Part shown: positions 1 through 6,200 of the stretch, piece by piece | Position numbering within the stretch: the first letter of the stretch is position 1 | Layout: every line of letters begins with the position of its first letter | Source of the DNA: Zygophlyctis sp. KS116 | Taxonomy: Eukaryota; Fungi; Chytridiomycota | Assembly (NCBI GenBank): GCA_054661495.1 | Contig: BAAFSQ010000420.1 | Location: 1-7,031 of the forward strand | Reading direction: 5' to 3' | DNA: 7,031 nucleotides | Notes under the pieces: model-generated | Seen by the model: the letters and a program-made list of their open reading frames with translations, nothing else | What the model was told of the DNA's origin: nothing | Databases searched by the model: none | Made by a program: the position numbers and the translations under genes

Positions 1-357
1 GATTGTGGTAATATTCTGCCATTACACGTGACTAAATTCCAGTCTTTGCTAATAGAATGGATTGAAATTCCAAGTGAATGCCCACTAGAAGTAATCTCGT
101 GTCTCTTGAAGAATGTTTCCGGAATCATTTTAGTCTCAAACTCAACCAATTTTCAATTTTTAGATCAGATTTCTGCAATCACATCAATCAACAATATTAT
201 ATTGTTTAAAACAAAATCTTGTCTATTTAAAACTAGACAGAATCTCTATCATGAAGTATTCTTGGACTTGAAGAGTTCTGATCACTTGTTTAAAGCACAG
301 CCTACTCTAAATCACTTTTTAGAGACAGTTATTTCACAAAATCCTGCAAGATCATAG
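1..357 (+). CDS. 3' part of a gene running in from the left edge; hypothetical protein with weak similarity to Rab-like (RABL3-type) small-GTPase C-terminal half
   Basis: Frame 1 is open to TAG 355-357. There is a probable 35-nt intron at 8..42 (GTAATA...CTAA..TTCCAG), so the last exon would be 43..357. 'LLIEWIEI...KNVSGIILVSNSTN' recalls the beta3 / 'vnGIILVhDlTN' segment of Rab-like proteins, but the G3 DxxG and G4 NKxD motifs are absent. Confidence 0.5.
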   Translation, partial: DCGNILPLHVTKFQSLLIEWIEIPSECPLEVISCLLKNVSGIILVSNSTNFQFLDQISAITSINNIILFKTKSCLFKTRQNLYHEVFLDLKSSDHLFKAQPTLNHFLETVISQNPARS

Positions 358-368
358 TAATTATTGGA

Positions 369-836
369 TTATTGTAAAAGATGATTGGCTAAAATCGTAT
401 CCATTTTCTGTTTCATTTTCTCCAGCAAATGTTTACTCATATCATTCTCTACAGCCAGTTCTAGAGACACTTTCTGATTCTCCTTTTCCAACTCTATCAT
501 TTCATCTAATTGCTCCTGTTTAGTCATTTGTATTCCTGGTAAGTTTTCAATCAGGAATTCAATTCTCTTTGAAGTCTCCAACAGATCGCTTGTTACAACT
601 TTTACAAAATTCTGAGTTGAATCTTTACTTTTCTGTAAATCTTGAGCTGATCAAGTTATAATAAAGCAATTACCAGTCCAATGCGTTACTGGAACCTGCG
701 GGTCAATGGCTTCTAATGGGGCATCTCTCTGTAGTACTCCAACAGCAGTATAAAATATTTCCAGCAACTTTCTAGTCAGTCGATGGAATAATACCTTGTC
801 TAAATGATCTTGAAGTTGCGACAGACGATCAGTCAT
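369..836 (-). CDS. MED21: Mediator of RNA polymerase II transcription subunit 21 (Med21/Srb7), 137 aa, 3 exons: complement(join(369..646,674..767,795..836))
   Basis: ATG 836. Spliced product MTDRLSQLQDHLDK-LLEIFYTAVGVLQRDAPL...DLLETSKRIEFLIENLPGI...EQLDEMIELEKEN matches the Med21 hallmarks (MxDRLTQLQ; I..LI.sLPG; C-terminal coiled coil). Introns are 768..794 (27 nt, GTATTA..CTGAC..AAG) and 647..673 (27 nt, GTAATT..CAG, contains in-frame TGA). Exon total is 414 nt. Confidence 0.93.
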
Positions 837-921
837 TCTTCTCCTAACCAGCAAACTTGGACACTTTCATGGACACTTGATATCTCATTGAAATAATTCA
901 GAGGAAAAAGTATATGCTTTT

Positions 922-1821
922 TTAATAAAATGTTCCATGTGATCCATTCATCGTTGGATTATTCAACATTTGACCATTTTCTAGATTTTCTTCTTCTTTT
1001 TTGACCTTGTCTAGATTTTCTAATTCCATTTTAATGATTTCCAGCTTATTCTTCAAAATTTCAAGTCCTTCAGAGATTACATCAGGTGGTGGAATAGCCC
1101 CTGTAGTTTCTACATTAAAGTAAAATGCTTCTGGAACCGCTAAAGGATCATAATCTTCTGGATTTCCTTGATCTTCCCATGCCGCTGCTTGTGATGCTGG
1201 CCATTCTTTTTTAATATCATCTTCATACCAATAAGTAGTATGTCTCAATTTATTATGAGGATCGTATTCAAACCCAACAGCAGAGACTGGAGACCATTTT
1301 GCATGTTCCTTTCCAAATCCTTTTTTAGCAATACAATTCAACTTTATTTCCTTTTTTATTTAACAAAATATTGCAAATAGTACCTGATTTGTGCCTAATT
1401 TAGCGATTAAAATGCCATACTGATCTTCAGCCCCAAAAGCCTTTACATATTCCCCAGAGAGAGTCAAATCTTTTGAAGTGACTTCTCTTTTCCTTTCATT
1501 CTGAGCACATTTTACATCCAAATTAATTATTTCAGAGCAACCAGAACAGTAACTGTCACAGCTACAATCGCTTGTATACATCATTTGTTTAATATGATCT
1601 GGGTTCATCTTTAGCGGTATAAGACCCATTCTATGTGAGATAAATTCATCAGTCAAGACTGAAGTATTATTTTCAATTTCCACCAAATCTATAGCTACAG
1701 TAGGAACCTCTGCAATCATTATTCTTCTGAGTGCATTTGCCAGTGACATATCTGCATTTTTGAGAGTAAAAGCGATAGAGTCTTCCTTTAGATCTCTAAT
1801 GATGATTTCTGGGTTTGGCAT
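922..1821 (-). CDS. RPB3: DNA-directed RNA polymerase II subunit RPB3 (POLR2C), 288 aa, 2 exons: complement(join(922..1350,1384..1821))
   Basis: SLANALRRIMIAEVPTVAID, NTSVLTDEFISHRMGLIPL, zinc site CSCDSYCSGC (CxCxxxCxxC, typical of Rpb3), KLGTNQ|EIKLNCIAKKGFGKEHAKWSPVSAVGFEYDPHNKLRHT. A 33-nt intron at 1351..1383 (GTACTA..AAG, in-frame TAA) joins the two ORFs. Confidence 0.97.
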
Positions 1822-2001
1822 TTCCTCTATAGGGCTGTGCTCAAGACTTGGGTCTACTAATGCTCTAGAACTCTTACTGGGGAGGGCCGAAAAAATGCCT
1901 GGTATTGCGCCAGCAAGTCAACAAGTGTAATCAGTGCTGATCAGAGGGCTTTGGACGCGCAAGTGGCTTCGAAAACGGTAAATTTGACCTTATCAAAAAA
2001 A
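1822..2001. promoter_or_regulatory. Short divergent (bidirectional) promoter region between RPB3 and the mucin-TM-SH3 gene
   Basis: 180 nt between head-to-head ATGs (1821 on -, 2002 on +). It is visibly more GC-rich than flanking introns. Position-based inference; no TSS data. Confidence 0.6.
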
Positions 2002-3147
2002 ATGAGCACAAGCACGATAGTAATAGTTGTTCGACCCACTACCTCTATAGTTGAACCGCCCCAGTCGTCTACATTGCCCCCTCCTGTTACTTCTTCACAA
2101 CCACCTTCAACATCACCTGTTGTAATTCCAACTGAGCCACCGTCATCATCTGGCTCTACAATTACACAAATCATTGTCCCCATCACTACATCAAATTCAC
2201 CAATCTTACCTGTAACTAGTAGTAGTAGTACAACCTCAAGTACAACTGCAAGGAATATAGTGTCTAGTATCCTTGCGTCTTCTGTTACTGTTGGATCTAG
2301 CACTACCATGTCTGCAACTATTTGTAATTATTATTTTTTAAAAATCTTAGCTCCCACTCCCACTAAAGCTGATGCATCTCCAAGTGAGAGTGGTACTTCT
2401 CCAGTACTGGTGACCACCATCTCGGTAGTGGTCGGTGGAATACTTTTGGCTCTTTTGGCTGCTTGGCTGATTCACACTCTTATAAAGTCTAGAAGAGAGA
2501 AAAAGGAAAATGATCGGCTAGCAGCGGATGAAGATTTGGATGGAATGTTTCAGGCTCCTGTTATGGGTAGTATATCTAGTGGTAGAAGTATGTATGATCA
2601 TAATGAATCTTTTTGGGATCAGAAAAATCAAGATAATCGACTTTCTATTGTTTCTGTGGATAATTTAGATTATTCTAGACAATCTCCGGAATCGGATGGT
2701 AATTTTATATCGGGATCGCAAGATTCTGAAGATCACGGAGGGCCAGAATCTAGCTTGCAAGCAAACAGCAATGTAGAAGCCCTGGAAGTAGCTGCTGTTT
2801 CTGGAGCTGCTGTTGCTGGAACAGAATTATCTCGACAAGTGACTATGGGATCCACTTCTACCACTCCTCTAATTCCGAATGCACCTACTGGTGGCAATTT
2901 TGTGAGGGTAAACAAAAGTTCAAATTTATTTGTTAGGTTATTAGCGATTACGTTGCTGTCAGGCCAGATGAGCTGAATATGAGACAAGGGCAGATTCTTA
3001 TGTTAGAGCAAACTTTCCAAGATGGTATTCTTTTCTAGAACTGATAATTTAGGCTGGGCGTATGGAAAAAATATCACTACGCAGGAGCGTGGAATGTTCC
3101 CATTCAACTTTGTTGCGTCTGTAGATCCGTCATTATTCCAGCGTTAA
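2002..3147 (+). CDS. Ser/Thr/Pro-rich single-pass membrane protein with C-terminal SH3 domain (Fus1-like architecture), ~353 aa: join(2002..2323,2351..2907,2937..3024,3053..3147)
   Basis: ATG 2002 lies in an A-rich context, followed by a mucin-like S/T/P stalk. The hydrophobic TM VLVTTISVVVGGILLALLAAWLIHTLI (2404..2484) is followed by KSRREKK (positive-inside). The spliced C-terminus FVRVISDYVAVRPDELNMRQGQILMLEQTFQDGWAYGKNITTQERGMFPFNFV is an SH3 (xDY, DEL, GW, GxFPxNFV). Introns are 2324..2350 (27), 2908..2936 (29) and 3025..3052 (28). Stop is TAA 3145-3147. The start is uncertain (upstream ATG 1895). Confidence 0.88.
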
Positions 3148-3179
3148 TTTCAGTAGTTTTGGCGAGATTATTTGGTTTG

Positions 3180-3185
3180 AATAAA
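3180..3185 (+). promoter_or_regulatory. Candidate polyadenylation signal AATAAA for the SH3 gene
   Basis: AATAAA begins 33 nt after the stop codon. The motif is common by chance in AT-rich DNA. Confidence 0.4.
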
Positions 3186-3210
3186 AAGAATTTTAACTTG
3201 AGATTTTCTC

Positions 3211-3224
3211 TTACGTCACGTCAT
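3211..3224. promoter_or_regulatory. Overlapping tandem CRE/ATF-type bZIP sites (TTACGTCA + ACGTCAT)
   Basis: TTACGTCACGTCAT lies ~50 nt upstream of ATG 3274. TTACGTCA fits the ATF/CRE consensus. ACGTCAT is the reverse complement of ATGACGT (S. pombe Atf1-Pcr1 M26 heptamer). Confidence 0.5.
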
Positions 3225-3273
3225 AGTGCTGCCGCCTTCGGACTCGGAAATATTAGAATTTAGTTTCTTTACC

Positions 3274-6200
3274 ATGACAGAAGCGAAAGACTCACTTGTT
3301 CTTGAAGATTATTCAGTAGTAGATGAATCTGACGAGCTTTCTAAACTGAATGAGTTGAATTCAACTTTCAAACAAAATTTGGTGGATCGAATGGCCCAGC
3401 AGTTCTCTATATCTATTCTCGAAGAGGCTCTAAAGGCAGCATCTCTAAGAGCTGAAATCAATCAAGTTTCTCATGAAAATGTCCCTCGTTCAGTTGATCT
3501 TGATAATCTTAAGCTTGAGGAAAGTGGGGAATATCTGCCATTAAATCCCAAAACTGAAATAAAGACAGCAGATATGCCTCAAAAAATCCAACAGAAAATT
3601 TCGAATAATCAAGTTGTTGTTTATCATCCCCAATCCGTATTTCCTTTCTCTAATGGTGTAAATTTTATCTTACGGTCGGACACATCAACTTCTCAGCGGC
3701 CTCAACAGAATATAGCCAGTCCTTCAAATAATTCTGTAAAACATTCCTATTCAAAATTAATCTCTGATTCAGACCAAATTTCTCAAGCTATACAGACACC
3801 AAATTTAGAACAGCCAGCTCTAGATATTCAACAAATACAATTGACTACTATTCAAACTGATCCAGAAATGAACAAAGCTATGAAGGAATCGGATCATTAC
3901 TATTCCGAATCACAAATTAATACTGAAAATCCGGCCGTCGAGCATAAAGTATCAGAAGATTCCCCTTCTGAAAAAAATACTATAAATATTTCACAAGAAC
4001 ACTTTAATCAAAAATCAATCCAAAGCTTAGAGACATTAGATAGGAATTCGCAGAAAGACAACTTCTTACATATGGTAGTAAACCCTGATCATTCAATCCC
4101 TACAAATCAGGGTAATGCATCACAATCATGTGAAATATATCCAGCCGAAAGGTTGCAATACAAAGAGAACGCTGTTCCCGTGAAAAGCTCATTAAATCAA
4201 CATCAAATCTCAGAAATAATGCACTCAGATTCTAATTCAAAGAAAAAAAGAAGATCAGAGGAAATTAGTCACGAAAGTCCATCAGAACATCCTCCTGTAA
4301 CAAAAAATAATGAGAGGGAGATTAAAGGTCATAAAAGAAAAAGTGACTCAGCAAAGTTTAAAGTATCCCAGGCTTGGGATATACAAGATTCTGCCAGTAA
4401 AAATGAGTCAAAACATATGAATCTTTTGAATTCAACCAGCAACAAGGTATTTATCTCTGCATGCCATTAATTTTAGAGCTTTTTTAATTCGGAAATTTTA
4501 GATTCTATAGGTAACAACTCACCGAGCCCAAACAAGCCAAAAAAGAATAGGCGTCGTTCTGCTACTCAACCTTCGATCAACCCGCATCAGGAAGCCGCAA
4601 TTATTTACGAACGTCAGTCAAAGGTTTTTGAAGTTTCCACACACGATCGCCTTAGCGCCTTTGATTCTTCTCCTGTACAAAAAAACGTCATTCCAAACTC
4701 AAGACATCTAGAAAAAGATAGGCTTACATGTATTCATGCACTCGGAATACTGGAAAATGTTGATCGTAAGTGGAAAATTTACTTAAATTAGTATCTCGAC
4801 TAAACAAAATTACTTACTTGTGCAATCGGCTACTTAATGGAAGCGCTTGTATTTTAAGTATAGTCGACCTTGATCGAGTCATATGGATCTCATCTCACTG
4901 GTCCGTAAGTTCCAAATACAATGTAGGAGAAGAGCCACGGTATATTTTTCTCTTTAAAGGCATTTAGATATGAATCTTTCTGCTCATGGGTTGTGCAGGA
5001 TGATACTGGTAGAGGAGTAACAGTCATGGATGCTCGCACTGATCCACGATGCACTCATATGCGCTTCAAGCCAAATTTTGAATTCTATGCCGGAGTTCCT
5101 TTGGTCACCAGTGATGGTATCAGAATCGGGGCTCTAAGTATTAGAGGCCCATCTCGTACACAATTTAGTACCATGGATATGAACTTGATGCATGAGTTGA
5201 GTACGTGGGCGATTGGAGAAATAGAAATGATATCATTGAGGCGTGATTTAGAATTGCGGGAGTTGATGCAACGTGCAAGAGCAAAGATTGGAAGAATAAT
5301 TGATGCTGAAAATGAAGTTGAAAAGGGGCTTGGTCACGTGGTTGTTGAAAATGTATTTGAATTCAATTAATCATAGATTTTAAGCCTGATCCGTGAATCT
5401 TTGAGAGCTACAGCTGTCGTGCTAATCAGAATAGTTCCAGAGAACGATCGGTAAGGTTTTCAAAATAAAAAGTTAGCTTTAGATCAATATGTCATTCAGT
5501 ATCATCATCTATCACTGGTTGTATTCTCAAATCTGGAGATGAAGCTTTCCATGAACTAACAGCACAAACTCTAAAAAAGGAATTAAATTCATCCACTCTA
5601 GCATTAGATCCTCTTCCTTCTGGGATACAGATTGAAGTTGATAAATATTTGAGTAAAAGTATCTTTCGTTCTGCAAGTGAAATAATTTTTTCGTTCGGTC
5701 AGCCAGTTGGTATTTTAATTGCCTTTATAGACGGTGCTTACCGCACAATTTCACCGCAGGTAATCCTTTTCTATTCATGTAAGGATTCACAGTTTCTTGC
5801 TGCGTCTGCAAATGCGCTATCATCTTTGTGGGTAAAGATGGAAACGTTGGAATCGTTTAGACAGGCTCAATGTATGTCGAAGCTGGTATCTGCTGCAATT
5901 AAAAGATATTCAGTGAGTGTTGGGGATCGTATGAACGGATTGACACCTTGTGTTCTTATCGCTGAACCTGTCTTTGCCGAAAAAAATCCTAACTCTCCGG
6001 AACTTCAAAGAAGAGAGAACAAAAAAGGAGAAGCCAAAGGAGAAGCTAATGCAAAAAGAATTCTAGACATGAATACAATTGACACTGTGATTGGATCTGA
6101 TCGAGCGCGCGATCTGATCAAATCATTCCCAAATAGTGACAAATTTATTGCAGAAAACACACAGACACCACTCTCTCCTAATGAAATAGTCCTGATTGTA

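Noticed and set aside
1955-1975. ACGCG / TTCGAAAA (and TTTTGGCG at 3157) as MCB, SCB or E2F cell-cycle elements
   Set aside because: Only partial matches to consensus; too short to support.
2218-2229. (AGT)4 microsatellite
   Set aside because: Simply encodes a Ser run in the mucin stalk.
1941-2309. 122-aa minus-strand ORF
   Set aside because: Antisense shadow of the Ser/Thr/Pro-rich exon. Val/Gly/Asp bias is what ACN/TCN/CCN codons give in reverse; no family motifs.
2733-2987. 84-aa minus-strand ORF
   Set aside because: Antisense to the TM-SH3 gene and crosses its intron; no recognisable features.
3226-4470. 414-aa ORF as a stand-alone gene starting at GTG 3226
   Set aside because: The first ATG is 3274 (ACCATG), and the stop lies inside a 30-nt intron (4447..4476) that splices in frame to the GAF exons. 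A separate downstream start cannot be fully excluded without cDNA.
4708-5830. Phytochrome or cyanobacteriochrome light sensor
   Set aside because: No PAS-GAF-PHY layout and no DIP/DxCF or conserved CH bilin-attachment motif.
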